Counted from the stretch's first letter, positions 18,901-28,953 are shown. The stretch is DNA of 64,000 bases from Nitrosopumilaceae archaeon (GCA_965208905.1 OZ242365.1:64001-128000), one strand, 5' to 3'. Numbers and translations: made by a program. Notes: generated by a model from the letters alone, not told the origin.

Positions 18901-20120
18901 TGAAACCTGTAGTCCAGAGTAATGTCGATATATCGGGTGCAGGGCAATACACCATACAATACACCTGTCTTGATACTAGAGGCAATGCAGCGCCACCGGT
19001 CAGCCGGATTGTGTCCGTGGATGATGCCACACCACCAGTGCTTTCAATATCTGACGTGTCGGCCGAGGCCACCGGACCGGCGACACCGGTCAACCTCGGC
19101 TTCCCCCTTGTACAGGATGCCTCCGGTGGGCCCTATATTATAACACACAACGCCACCGGTATACCTCAGACAGCCACATCTAGTGTCACCACGCCTCTTG
19201 CCATCGGCACTTATACAATACAATGGAATGCTACAGACATATCTAGCAATACTGGTACGACACACCAGACTGTGTCCGTGGATGATGCCACACCACCAGT
19301 GCTTTCAATATCTAACGTGTCGACCGAGGCCACCGGACCATCAACGCCTGTAGACATTGGATTCCCCACCATACAGGATAATTCTGGCGGTCCTTATACC
19401 ATAACACACAACGCCACCGGAACGCCCCAGACTGCGACCTCTGATGTCACCGTATCTCTTGCCGTCGGCACCCATACAATACAGTGGAATGCTACAGATG
19501 CATCACACAACACCGGTACGACACACCAGACTGTATCTGTTTCAGACACCACGCCGCCCACACTAACACTGAACGGCAAGGCCTCAATCTCCATACCTAT
19601 GGGTAGTACATATACGGATGCGGGAGCCGCATGTACAGACAGTGTGGACGGCACAATAAAGCCCACTCTAAGTGGCAATGTCAACTCATCCATCCGTGAC
19701 ACATATACAGTTACATACACATGTACGGACACGGCAAGAAACAGTGCCTCTCCCGTAACCCGAACAGTTCAAATCGCTCTCCCAACCATTATGCCAACAG
19801 TTTCTATTACTGGAGATACAACAGCAGTGGAGGGAAGCAGTCTGGACTTTGTCATAAGCCTGAATCACCCGTACGCACAGGCTATTGACGTCTATTACAT
19901 TACATTAGATGGAGGGGCGATAGCCGGAAGTGACTATACGTTTGCTCACGATTTTGTAAGATTTAATCCAGGATCGATAGAGCACACGGTCAGTATTGAA
20001 ACCACGGCAGACGACATTTTGGAAGATGAGGAGGAGATGTACTTTGAGATTACCTATGCTGTTGGTGCCAAGATCAGCGAAAAACAATGGGTTGCCACCG
20101 GTACCATATCAGATCCCTAA
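15930..20120 (+). CDS. Large secreted/surface protein: PQQ-dependent sugar dehydrogenase-like propeller plus Calx-beta, DUF5011 and HYR-like Ig domains
   Basis: Signal peptide; GEGGMLG, HDGGRIRFGPD, GKILR, YGLRNPQG, NYGWP; repeated DTTPPTLTLNG/YTDAGATCTD and AEATGP modules; C-terminal DG.A.AGSDY. Confidence 0.85.
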   Translation: MIAYTVIVAIAVLALLLAGSNDALGLETSDSGTRYQIYGNVSVIPVLTDLEAPWDVAFGDNGWMYVSTRPGVLYGMYEGNVTNLLNLRVSGGEGGMLGIATLGDMLYIYHTDPENGNKISRYIHGESGLSYNTTIIENIPAGAYHDGGRIRFGPDSMLYVTTGDAGRNVNSWLTSSLAGKILRLNPDGSIPSDNPFPDSPVYAYGLRNPQGLAWDWHGNLYATDHGTSGQDEINLIIAGGNYGWPFSRGDRIVPNTLPPLIHSGNDTWAPSGLVFAGTEIPQWEETLLYGALRGEHLGIVRTDGSGHNMAYAGEFGRIRTPIKHPNGTLYLLTSNNDGRGTPNAGDDKLLRLEYDVYAKAQVTASTPVAGEDIVVTITLDAAAPIDNHFIVQLYRCDQNGYIKDMNLCSGDKTVTYDDIVSTYTPEPGHPSSTSLNLPAGILDIKNGTTTGTLSFGTTHDGDEDQESLIISVAPRVDKRGWHPFYSFNDRLKLAWVDLSTPFVGGSHGFAYWKTSILPSPDQPQVVEISGLHSVNEGDSIPIFIDAKPAPSSPLDINVTIAQVGNFVNSKYIGSQTITLHTNGSASMTIPIDNDIVDILRRIGYSSGHIVTIPTIDNNIVGEPDGRVTVTLNQGLGYKPASSKTWSVGVYDDDDGKPVAVSLTAAKTSIFEGGKGNFTIKLNRQLEPGETVTVPFDVEGGTTPEHWSVSLSEYSTGAELTASGAKPVVVFTRGGQTAMLVLTVNQDSDAVDHALTVSLGTGDRRPTSIGVAGGTILGDVTSLTIDIIDDDKPAPTINIQGDNPVRLSVGGQYVDAGATCTDHTKSPITPTVNGSVNTLVPSTYTIHYSCADDTGKKSSAARIVVIQDTAPPTLTIPNVSAEATGPSTPVDIGFPTIQDASGGPYIITHNATGTPQTATSDVTVSLAVGTHTIQWNATDASHNTGTTHQTVSVSDTTPPTLTLNGKALVYILVEDTYTDAGATCTDSVDGTLKPVVQSNVDISGAGQYTIQYTCLDTRGNAAPPVSRIVSVDDATPPVLSISDVSAEATGPATPVNLGFPLVQDASGGPYIITHNATGIPQTATSSVTTPLAIGTYTIQWNATDISSNTGTTHQTVSVDDATPPVLSISNVSTEATGPSTPVDIGFPTIQDNSGGPYTITHNATGTPQTATSDVTVSLAVGTHTIQWNATDASHNTGTTHQTVSVSDTTPPTLTLNGKASISIPMGSTYTDAGAACTDSVDGTIKPTLSGNVNSSIRDTYTVTYTCTDTARNSASPVTRTVQIALPTIMPTVSITGDTTAVEGSSLDFVISLNHPYAQAIDVYYITLDGGAIAGSDYTFAHDFVRFNPGSIEHTVSIETTADDILEDEEEMYFEITYAVGAKISEKQWVATGTISDP
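18561..19584 (+). repeat. Intragenic ~260-bp repeats (18561-18828, 19056-19316, 19317-19584)
   Basis: 18645-18828 is identical to 19401-19584; patchwork identity among the copies. Confidence 0.9.
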
Positions 20121-20288
20121 TTTTTATTTGGCCAGCAGGCGCAAAAATTGGTGTTTTGTACATATGAGATGCCCTCAATTGCAGCAAGTTCGGGGCACTT
20201 GATCAGGTCAGCATGGCATCCATGCGTCAAAGCGGTCTTTTGTTTGGAGAAATAGGCATAACCTGAGGTACTTGATGTATTATGACTA

Positions 20289-21383
20289 TAGTTGGAATCA
20301 TAAATAACCGGACAAACCCGCAAGATCTTAATAGGACGAAATTTTAATCGGTTCCATGACTACAACAGAGATGAAAGACGCGCTAAAACGCGCCAAAAAC
20401 AAGAGTGAGTACGCGCGCATTGCAGCGGTAAACCTGGTATTGAACAAAAACGTCAGTGTTGATACAGTATCTGATGGTTTCTGCGTTAGTCGTGGAACCG
20501 TCTACGCATGGCTTGCAGCATACGACCACAACGGGTTGGACGGCCTCGCTGATGATGTGAGGCCGGGCCGCCCTCCTTTCATACCACACAACAGGTTGAA
20601 GAAGATAATCGGAGATGCCAAACAGTTCACCGCATACAGGTTCGTCAAACTGGTCGAGAAGGTGACTGGTGTAAGATACAGTGAGCCGCACGCGCGCCGT
20701 CTTTTGAGATCTCTTGGCTTCGTGGTCAAGAAGACTCCCCGGATAGCCAACCGCGTTCCGCCAAGGGAGGAGATCGAAATTTGGCAGAAAGACATCAAAA
20801 AGGAGATCAAAGCGCTTGAAAAGGACGGTTTTACTCTGGTAATGGCCGATGAAAGCCACCAGAACGCGAACCTGTTCGGATCCGGAGCCGTCTATATATG
20901 CGGCGATGCCGAACCGATACAGATGCCCCTGGGCAACCAGCGGCAGACCATCTATGGTGGGATAACTCTGGATTGCCAAACTTGCTATATGGCAGCCAAC
21001 AAGGCAAACAATAAGTCGTTTATCGGGTATCTGGACAAGCTGCGGCGCCACTTCAGTAAGGTGGCGGTGGTTATTGACAACACTGCATACCACAATACAA
21101 AACGCGTCCGACGCTACCTTGAGAAGAACAATGATTTCGTCAAACTGATATTTCTACCGCCGTACTCACCGTTCTTGAATCCGGCCGAACATTTGTGGCG
21201 GGAAGGGAAGGCAAGACTGCGCAGGATGTTCCGGCGGCCGGCGAGGAGCTATTTCAGGCGGAAGGTGATACTCGTGTACGAGTCGCTTGAAATAACGTTC
21301 GACCCGCGCAACATTCTGTTCAGGAGTTTAGACAAACTGTATCCGGCATGAAAAGTTTGTCCGATTATTTATGCTCCCAACTA
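20289..21383 (+). mobile_element. IS630-family insertion sequence, complete
   Basis: TIRs TAGTTGGAATCATAAATAA / TTATTTATGCTCCCAACTA, flanked by TA. Confidence 0.9.
20356..21351 (+). CDS. IS630-family DDE transposase
   Basis: ADESHQ, VIDNTAYH, LPPYSPFLNPAE; diverged paralog of 2190-3197. Confidence 0.93.
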   Translation: MTTTEMKDALKRAKNKSEYARIAAVNLVLNKNVSVDTVSDGFCVSRGTVYAWLAAYDHNGLDGLADDVRPGRPPFIPHNRLKKIIGDAKQFTAYRFVKLVEKVTGVRYSEPHARRLLRSLGFVVKKTPRIANRVPPREEIEIWQKDIKKEIKALEKDGFTLVMADESHQNANLFGSGAVYICGDAEPIQMPLGNQRQTIYGGITLDCQTCYMAANKANNKSFIGYLDKLRRHFSKVAVVIDNTAYHNTKRVRRYLEKNNDFVKLIFLPPYSPFLNPAEHLWREGKARLRRMFRRPARSYFRRKVILVYESLEITFDPRNILFRSLDKLYPA

Positions 21384-21551
21384 TAGTCATGTATCAACAC
21401 TGCATGCCCATGTCATGCACGGCCTGCAGTTCATGTCATACTGGTCAGTGAACAATTCTGTGTCATAATTCTGTTCGCATGTAAGTCGAACTTTGGTATG
21501 TAGCACTCAACTCATACTCTACATGCCTCCTGCCAACTCGCGAGCTATTCT

Positions 21552-21767
21552 ATTTGGCACTATTCAAGCCTGGATGATTATATCGAGTACTACAACACTG
21601 ACCGCCTACATTTCTCGCTTGACATAGACAACTATGAAACTCCATTAATGGCATTTCACAAAAAGAAGGCAACTGTTGAAACAAGAAGTCAAAACCCTAC
21701 ATGGATGGAGGATGATATTCGTGACTGACGACCAGAATGTAGCGCGACATGATTTCCGGACGCTACA
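21552..21767 (+). pseudogene. IS481-family transposase 3' remnant with right end
   Basis: IWHYSSLDDYIEYYNTDRLHFSLDIDNYETP...NPTWME; ends GACATGATTTCCGGACGCTACA; homologous to 15258-15503. Confidence 0.7.
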
Positions 21768-21814
21768 ACACTAACACAAAACAAATTTATGGATTGTGTG
21801 ATGGAAAAAAAATT

Positions 21815-22327
21815 GTGGACCTGCGCAGTCTAATATCTGATCATGCCGACTTTCCAAAGAAAGGAATACTCTTTCATGACTTTGCACCCATACTCAAAGA
21901 CCCACAAGCACTATCGTACGTTATAGATGAATTTTCAAACCTATACGATATGAATAATGTGGATGTCATAGTCGGCATAGAGTCCCGCGGTTTCATACTA
22001 GGCGCGGCCATGGCAGTCAGACACCAGAAGGGCTTTACAATGATTCGAAAGGCTGGCAAAACTCCCGGTAGAACCATAAAAACATCATATGAACTAGAGT
22101 ATGGGAGTAGTACCATAGAGATGAGATGCGATGCATTAGACAAGGGTCAGAGGGTTCTGTTGTGTGATGACTTGTTGGCTACCGGCGGTACCATGAAGGC
22201 GGCCGCGGACCTTGTAAACAGCATGGGAGCTATAATATCTGGAATGGCATTTATCATAGAGTTGACTGATTTGAATGGACGAAACACAATAGGAGACTAC
22301 AACATACACAGTCTGGTGAAGTATTAG
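21815..22327 (+). CDS. apt: Adenine phosphoribosyltransferase
   Basis: DFPKKGILFHD, IESRGF, RKAGK, DDLLATGGT; GTG start inferred. Confidence 0.92.
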   Translation: MDLRSLISDHADFPKKGILFHDFAPILKDPQALSYVIDEFSNLYDMNNVDVIVGIESRGFILGAAMAVRHQKGFTMIRKAGKTPGRTIKTSYELEYGSSTIEMRCDALDKGQRVLLCDDLLATGGTMKAAADLVNSMGAIISGMAFIIELTDLNGRNTIGDYNIHSLVKY

Positions 22328-23116
22328 ATGAATACAGCAGAGATTGGAATATTTGGCGGTACTGGCATATATGACTCTGATTTACTATCAGATGTACGAC
22401 AGGTGTCAGTACAGACACCATATGGCAGTACGTCTTCAGAGATAACACTAGGTGTTTTTGATGGGATGAATGTAGCATTTCTGCCCCGGCATGGCAAAAA
22501 GCACTCTTTGGCACCTCACATGATAAATTACCGGGCTAATGTATGGGCGTTTAAAGAGCTGGGGGTACAACGTATAATATCCCCATCGGCCGTGGGGAGT
22601 CTAAAGTTGGATATAGAGCCCGGACATTTTGCCATACCGACTCAATTTATAGACAACACAAAGGGACGAAAGACATCATTTACATCCGAAGGCAATGTCA
22701 TACACATATCCGTTGCCGACCCGTTCTGCCCCCAACTACAAAATGTCATATATGATATATCTGATACAATACCAACAAAACTTCACCCTGACTGTACCTA
22801 TGTGTGTATAGAAGGTCCTAGGTTCTCTACAAAGGCAGAATCAAATATGTATCGTACATTGGGCGCCGATATCATTGGAATGACCGTGGTACCCGAAGCT
22901 CAATTGGCCCGCGAGGCTCAAATGTGTTATGTTTCTATATCCATGGTTACCGACTATGATGTCTGGGCAGAGAGACCAGTTACGGCAAAGGAGGTTGCCG
23001 CCACAGTCTCCCAAAACTCTGAGACATTCTCTGCTATGCTAGGTGCACTACTAAATAACATGCCAAAACAGAGAGAGTGCTCATGCGCAGATGCACTACA
23101 AGATGCCACCCTTTAA
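22328..23116 (+). CDS. mtnP: 5'-methylthioadenosine phosphorylase
   Basis: GIFGGTG, RHG, EGPRFSTKAE, GMT, TDYD. Confidence 0.92.
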   Translation: MNTAEIGIFGGTGIYDSDLLSDVRQVSVQTPYGSTSSEITLGVFDGMNVAFLPRHGKKHSLAPHMINYRANVWAFKELGVQRIISPSAVGSLKLDIEPGHFAIPTQFIDNTKGRKTSFTSEGNVIHISVADPFCPQLQNVIYDISDTIPTKLHPDCTYVCIEGPRFSTKAESNMYRTLGADIIGMTVVPEAQLAREAQMCYVSISMVTDYDVWAERPVTAKEVAATVSQNSETFSAMLGALLNNMPKQRECSCADALQDATL

Positions 23117-23400
23117 CTGTCTGCAAAACTCTCTTTTTGTAGCCCTTCTGGAAGATTGATGTTTCCCTGCACCAAATTATGTTGAAGCGTGTCTATTATG
23201 TTATCTATATCATAACCTAGGGATTTTATCTCTTTGATGGTCTTTTTTGTAAGTTTGGCTCCAATGTTTTGACCTCCAATCCTTCCAAATGCAATGGCAC
23301 TAAACCCAAAAGAGTTACCATCCATCTCAAATCTACCTGTTACCTTGGCGGCCATCTGGCTGCCATCTACCGACTCTACGTACACATCCATATCCGTCAT
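23113..23400 (-). CDS. Hypothetical protein
   Basis: 95-aa ORF in an overlapping minus-strand run of small genes. Confidence 0.65.
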   Translation of the reverse strand: MTDMDVYVESVDGSQMAAKVTGRFEMDGNSFGFSAIAFGRIGGQNIGAKLTKKTIKEIKSLGYDIDNIIDTLQHNLVQGNINLPEGLQKESFADS

Positions 23401-23828
23401 ATCTCTACAGCTTTGTTTACATGATCATCAATTAAAAAACTCCAATAACCCTCCTCGGTCACCTGATAGTTCTCCACTGCTATGTCTACAATCTCGTCAT
23501 CTATGCGTTCGTGCTTTATTATACCATTTTCAGGAAGCCTCACCAGAGACCAACGGTCCTTACCTTTTTGAAGTTTTGATATTAGAACGCCCCACTTTTC
23601 ATCAGGTTCTATATGCGGCATACCCACTATGTCTGCTATGGCCTCTATTCCCAACTGCTTCTCCTCACAGAATCTCTTTTTACAGGCACCACAACGCCAT
23701 ACATCTACAGAGCCTATTGTGCGCTCATTGATGTTTATGTTTACTACTCCAAAGTATACTGGCTGATGTGTGCAGGACTCCGAGTCCATGACATTTGCAT
23801 TATTATGATGCCTATTTAGTCCTTGCAT
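23397..23828 (-). CDS. Hypothetical protein, possible Zn-binding
   Basis: C.H...CGAC motif; real start may be MDSESC. Confidence 0.65.
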   Translation of the reverse strand: MQGLNRHHNNANVMDSESCTHQPVYFGVVNININERTIGSVDVWRCGACKKRFCEEKQLGIEAIADIVGMPHIEPDEKWGVLISKLQKGKDRWSLVRLPENGIIKHERIDDEIVDIAVENYQVTEEGYWSFLIDDHVNKAVEI

Positions 23829-24177
23829 TATCGTATGACTCCTCTAAGACTACGCCGATATTATCTACTGCTTTGTTGCGCACAAACGGAACGTTTCGCC
23901 TCTCACACTCTCTTCTGTACATATTTACAGCAGTAAATCTAGGATGCATTGCTTCATACTCTGCCTTGCCATACTCTATGAATCCGCCCAGTGATATAAG
24001 AGACTCTGCTGTAGACTGTGCCTCCTGATGGGATGTCTTTAACATCTCTGATATTTTATGCGCATCCATTCTGCCAGTGGTGTTAACCAAGAGGTACACT
24101 CTTGTCTGCATATGATTCAGGCCAACCTCCTGCATCAGAGTTCTCTCCAAATCTTTGATTTTACTATCTGTTGTCAT
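23812..24177 (-). CDS. TrmB-like winged-HTH protein
   Basis: GLN..QTRVYLL...G.M.A..IS...L...G pattern. Confidence 0.6.
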   Translation of the reverse strand: MTTDSKIKDLERTLMQEVGLNHMQTRVYLLVNTTGRMDAHKISEMLKTSHQEAQSTAESLISLGGFIEYGKAEYEAMHPRFTAVNMYRRECERRNVPFVRNKAVDNIGVVLEESYDNARTK

Positions 24178-24382
24178 CTGTTTGTTTCACAAATATCCTT
24201 TTTGCCAATTTATATGCGAGTATCATGGTTGCAAAATGAACTGCTGCCGCTACAATGGCAGGCATAACCATTTCTCCAGTTAGATACCATAATATTAAAA
24301 ATGTCGATACCGATGGAACAGTTATTATCGCTCCTAGTATGGAGCCCCGAACAAATATGTCCCTGGTGGATAACTTTTCCAT
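24164..24382 (-). CDS. Small membrane protein
   Basis: MEKLSTRDIF..., two hydrophobic helices. Confidence 0.6.
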   Translation of the reverse strand: MEKLSTRDIFVRGSILGAIITVPSVSTFLILWYLTGEMVMPAIVAAAVHFATMILAYKLAKRIFVKQTDDNR

Positions 24383-24704
24383 GTTCTCACAATATAAGAT
24401 GCTATAATAAAAACTACCGTTGTATTTAATGGGAATTCTATAGCACATAGAAATCATATTATTGTTAGGTCCAGAACTCCAAAACATGATACTGGGTTTT
24501 AAATAAAGTAGTCTTAACCACAGCTTGGTTATTCTTGCTAGTGTTTGCAATTGTAGCCATAATGGCCCCATCCAATGAACGAAACAATATCTAAAATACA
24601 ACATGTTATGCCACATGAGAGGTATCTAAAGACAACTATATTTTTTAAAGTGGTTTAATCCCTTTCATATACAAAGGCTCGAATCTGTAAATGTATCGTC
24701 TTGT

Positions 24705-26789
24705 TTACTTTCGTTCGAAATCATACGTGGTCTGTGCAGTGTTTGTTCCGTCCTCAACTATTATGGTGTATATGCCTGATGTTTTGATTGTCCAGGGCAG
24801 TATTCCTGTGCCATCTGTAGTGATGTATGACCTTGATGGCCCGTCTATGAGGGTGTCCCCAGCAAGTATTCTCACAGTCACCTGCGAGCCACTTGCGCCA
24901 CTTACCACAATGGATGTATCCTGACCAACAGTCCTGATATTTACAGAGAGGTTATTCTGTTGCGCATCATCTACGATAACACTAATTATATCTGATGTCT
25001 GTCCGCTGGACATTTTGATGGTCCAGTCTCCGTTTATGGCATTTAGCGGTATGCGAACCTGTCTCTCTGATACTAGACCTGTTCTATCTGAGAAGGTATC
25101 TATCGTCTGCACTATGTCGCCATTCGGATCCAACAATGTAATCCTGATTATGACATTGGGTGTGACCGTACCAAGTATCTGTACCTGCTCGCCCGGAGAG
25201 TATCTATCCTTTATGGTGTCTATCTTTATCTCTGATGCGCTCATGGAGAGACCGACACCAAATCTGTAGCTGGTCTGGGCAGTCCCCTTCTGTGCTATTG
25301 CTGTATATACGCCGGTGGAAAAGTTCTGTATACTCATTTCGTATACTGCCCTGCCGTTGCTTTGCAGCTCTATGGTGTCTCTGAACACGATGGTGTCGGT
25401 GGGGTCGGTCACCAAAAATGTAACCATCTCATTTGGCATACTCTCGATTGTAACTTTGGGTCTGTCAGAATGAAGATAGTTGGACTGATCAAACGTTATA
25501 CGGACGGGCACTTCTACCTCGCTACCTAGACCGGCATATGTGACATGACGCTCTGAGCCCTGTGTGAGTATCAACGTGTATGTTCCCAACAGTGAGTTTG
25601 TCTGTGTCGGGTACTCCCACTGTATTGTACCATCAGCGCCCACCTGTATGGTATCTATTGCAACGTCATTGCCGTTGGGACCCTGTAGTATCAATGATAC
25701 ATCAACATTTGGTGCAACTTCGCCCTCAAACCGTAACGTCTGGCCGGACTCAAAGACTGAACGTACGGCTTTCACTAAAATCTGTGTGTCTGACTCAACA
25801 GTCCATGTACGACTAATGATGCTACTTCCATCAGTTATCTCTATGGTGTATTCGCCAAAGTCCGAGCTCAGAGGTATTACCATACTATCGCTTAAACTCC
25901 ACAGGCCATCCGAACTTATGCTTACGGGCACACTACTTACAGCTTCTCCCTGCGGATTGATTAGTGTGGCTTTGATAGTTGTACCCGTGGGACCAGTTCC
26001 CGATATGTCTACGAAATCCCCAATACGATGTGTATCCTTGATGGATGTTATGGCTAGTGTGGTGTCTATGCTTGTATCCGGCGCAGCCTCCAACCTTAAA
26101 CTCAACGGAATTGACTCATTACCGATCTCGTCGGTTATTACAAACTCAATTCTGTCCTTCAGGTTTTCTGGGAGCGTCAATGTTGTAACAAAGCCCCCAC
26201 TCGAATCTGTCATGAACGAGCTCATCTTGATATCTTGTATGAACAACTCTAGATTGTGATTGGGTACAAAGTCGACCCCCACCACACGTATGGTGGCACC
26301 AACTATGGGTTTTGATGGTATAGTATAGAATGTAGACTCTGAAAGTATGCCATCTGAACTTGTCGACGTAACTTCGGGTGGCTCCTGAGGCGTTTCATCT
26401 AATGTCTCATGCCGTATTATCCAGCCTTGCTCAAGTATGTCATCCCCACTAGCCATTAGCCAGGCTAATTGAGCGCCCTCTCCCTGAAACTTTAATCCAA
26501 CCTTTACGGTTTGGTTAGGCTCAAGCATACCGTTTATCATTTGAAGTGTCTGCTCATCGGATACGACCCTCCAACCAGGCTCTGCTACATATGACTGTAT
26601 ATTATGATCAGTTGTAAACCATATTGCAATGCGGTCTATATCAGTATCATATATGTTGGTGAACTCTGTTAGTATACTGTTGTCTAGAATTGATACATCT
26701 GTCTGTGCATAGACATTTGCCACCGCAATAACACACAGTGCCGATATGACTACACCTAGTATCATTATATGCTGATGTATAATAATCAC
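24705..26789 (-). CDS. Secreted acidic beta-rich (Ig-like repeat) surface protein
   Basis: Signal peptide; repeated L..P.G and G.YT motifs. Confidence 0.75.
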   Translation of the reverse strand: MIIIHQHIMILGVVISALCVIAVANVYAQTDVSILDNSILTEFTNIYDTDIDRIAIWFTTDHNIQSYVAEPGWRVVSDEQTLQMINGMLEPNQTVKVGLKFQGEGAQLAWLMASGDDILEQGWIIRHETLDETPQEPPEVTSTSSDGILSESTFYTIPSKPIVGATIRVVGVDFVPNHNLELFIQDIKMSSFMTDSSGGFVTTLTLPENLKDRIEFVITDEIGNESIPLSLRLEAAPDTSIDTTLAITSIKDTHRIGDFVDISGTGPTGTTIKATLINPQGEAVSSVPVSISSDGLWSLSDSMVIPLSSDFGEYTIEITDGSSIISRTWTVESDTQILVKAVRSVFESGQTLRFEGEVAPNVDVSLILQGPNGNDVAIDTIQVGADGTIQWEYPTQTNSLLGTYTLILTQGSERHVTYAGLGSEVEVPVRITFDQSNYLHSDRPKVTIESMPNEMVTFLVTDPTDTIVFRDTIELQSNGRAVYEMSIQNFSTGVYTAIAQKGTAQTSYRFGVGLSMSASEIKIDTIKDRYSPGEQVQILGTVTPNVIIRITLLDPNGDIVQTIDTFSDRTGLVSERQVRIPLNAINGDWTIKMSSGQTSDIISVIVDDAQQNNLSVNIRTVGQDTSIVVSGASGSQVTVRILAGDTLIDGPSRSYITTDGTGILPWTIKTSGIYTIIVEDGTNTAQTTYDFERK

Positions 26790-26798
26790 AAATAAGTA

Positions 26799-28844
26799 TT
26801 AGTCGCTTTTGTATTGGTTTACGTGCTCTGCTATGGTCCTGTATAGTGACCTAAAGTTGTCCCGTGTCTGACTACTGAGAAAGTCTGTCTGACGGGTGGA
26901 AATCTTGTCGCATATGTAACGAGTTATGTCCAGATGATCAAACTCTCCCCAGTCATCATCGTAATGTTCGCTCCATATCTCTGATAGTGACTTGACTATG
27001 CCGCCATCCCCGTCCACCAAATCAGAGGGTATGTCGGTGTACCTCTTACCTCGAAGCTTGACCTCATATGTCTGGTTTACCGCGTACAGATAGTCATTAC
27101 GGGCAATATAATCCTCTATTGACTCTAGTTTTTTACCATCTCTCTCATAGAATACTGTCTGTATGCTTGAGAATCCATTTTGAGCCAAGGCTGCCGCTAT
27201 GTGACGTGACTCTATTGTGTCGTCTAGCAATATTATTGTCTTGTAGCCATGATCCCTATAGAATATGGATAGAGGTAGGACTGCATCCTTTGAGTGACTG
27301 GCCACTACGTTTAGCGGGTTCATGGATATGCTGGGATCTTGAACAAACTTATCAAATGCATTCAGATACATCGCATCAGACATGGTTTCCACTATGACTA
27401 CGGGTCGGGAGTTGGTACCAATACTTGTGTCTGTTATGGACTGAACCAAACCCCGTGACAAACCATACAGTATTGGTGTCAATGTCTTACTGTCTGCATT
27501 CCAATAGTCATAGAAGATTCTACTAAGGTGTCGCCGTCTGTCCAACTCCACCACTAACAGATTACCTGGATTATAATCAAATATCATAAAGGGTGAGTGT
27601 GTTGCGTATAATACCTGATTTGAACCTGCCAGATCCCTGAGCAAGTCTGCTATGCCCAACTGTTGTGTCGGGTGCAGATTACGCGCCGGCTCATCAAGTA
27701 GCAGTATGGCCTCTTTTAGCTCTGCACGTTGTGTCTCAGCAGCAAAGTTGACTATAAATGAGAATGTCCACTTGAATCCTTCGGCCCGACGATTCAACAG
27801 TCCTGTATTGGTAATGGTCCCATCATGGTGTACGTCTGATATGACAAGACTCATTATATTTCCCGGATTATATCTCAAATCCACACGTATGGGGTCCCCC
27901 TTCCAGGTGGGATTCAGTCTCTTTGTCAGTCGGTTGCTGGAAGTGTTCAGTATCTTTATGAGTGTGGAGGGACTGTCCTTGAAAGACTCCAAAGCGTCCA
28001 AATCCAGCTCTGCTAAATAGAACAAATTCCTCACAGTCTCTGCCTTGTCGAACTCTTCCACATACTCTATGGCATCCCTTCTCTTTTCTCTTTGATCATC
28101 ACTAAACTCATTGAGATTGATATTTCCATGTATCTTTTTGTAGTCGGAGAAGTAGACAAATCTAGGATGTAACTCTGCACTGATAAAGTTCTCCAATGTC
28201 TTTCTCTGGCTCATGCCTTCCATTATACTCTCAAAACTGTTCTGAGGGCTCTCGTATATTGCAGCCCACTCTTTCAAGACCTGATCCTCCCGCATGGCTA
28301 TTGTTCTTATCTGCGTATTCAAATGATTAAATCCTGCATCAAACTCCTGTGATGTCTGTGGTTGAGGCGACTCAAGAAAGGTTGAATCTATCTTTTCTCG
28401 TATGTGATTGGGTATGGTACTCAAAAAAGTCTGAACATCATTTACAAAGTTACTCCAAGATCTGGAGTCAGGCTGTATGGTCTCATCAATCTGTACATCT
28501 CCAAAACTATACTGCACTTCTGAAGATTTGTTGGTACGAAAGAGCTTTATCTCTCTTATCTCTGGCATGTCTGGAAAATTTTCTTGTATTATGGTAGTCT
28601 CTGTCTGTGTCAGCTCAAAATTGCCTTCTGCCAGTACTATCTCAGACTTTAACTCCTCGGACATCTCATCACACAAGTCCAGCTCTGAGGCGTGTCCATC
28701 CTTGTTTAGAAGTGTGAGGGCTTCTAGTATTGTGGTCTTGCCACTCTCATTGCGCCCCACAAATGTGGCCAAATCTCCCACTGATATCTCGCCAGAGTCA
28801 TGTATACATCTAAAAGCCCTGATACGGAATTTGCGCAATCGCAT
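26799..28844 (-). CDS. OLD-family-like ATPase (ABC ATPase plus TOPRIM-like C-terminus)
   Basis: GRNESGKT, LLLDEPA..LHP, ATHSPF, VIVE..SD, ILLDD, IED. Confidence 0.8.
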   Translation of the reverse strand: MRLRKFRIRAFRCIHDSGEISVGDLATFVGRNESGKTTILEALTLLNKDGHASELDLCDEMSEELKSEIVLAEGNFELTQTETTIIQENFPDMPEIREIKLFRTNKSSEVQYSFGDVQIDETIQPDSRSWSNFVNDVQTFLSTIPNHIREKIDSTFLESPQPQTSQEFDAGFNHLNTQIRTIAMREDQVLKEWAAIYESPQNSFESIMEGMSQRKTLENFISAELHPRFVYFSDYKKIHGNINLNEFSDDQREKRRDAIEYVEEFDKAETVRNLFYLAELDLDALESFKDSPSTLIKILNTSSNRLTKRLNPTWKGDPIRVDLRYNPGNIMSLVISDVHHDGTITNTGLLNRRAEGFKWTFSFIVNFAAETQRAELKEAILLLDEPARNLHPTQQLGIADLLRDLAGSNQVLYATHSPFMIFDYNPGNLLVVELDRRRHLSRIFYDYWNADSKTLTPILYGLSRGLVQSITDTSIGTNSRPVVIVETMSDAMYLNAFDKFVQDPSISMNPLNVVASHSKDAVLPLSIFYRDHGYKTIILLDDTIESRHIAAALAQNGFSSIQTVFYERDGKKLESIEDYIARNDYLYAVNQTYEVKLRGKRYTDIPSDLVDGDGGIVKSLSEIWSEHYDDDWGEFDHLDITRYICDKISTRQTDFLSSQTRDNFRSLYRTIAEHVNQYKSD

Positions 28845-28953
28845 TAATGTTTTGTATATATACAGAGCGATTTAATTCCTTCGGGAGTGTGCGCAATCAG
28901 GAGGTCTGTATCCGATAACTAGAACAATAATAACTTACATATTTTATCAATAA

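Noticed and set aside
18561-19584. Diversity-generating retroelement template/variable repeat pair
   Set aside because: Differences are not adenine-specific, all repeats are in-frame domains, and no reverse transcriptase is present.
20383-21093. Long antisense ORFs (also 25564-26259, 36005-36607, 39527-40102)
   Set aside because: Shadow frames opposite well-supported genes, with no motifs.
20120-21540. Weak IR and quasi-palindrome around the second IS630
   Set aside because: Too short and degenerate; palindromic TA targets are normal for IS630.
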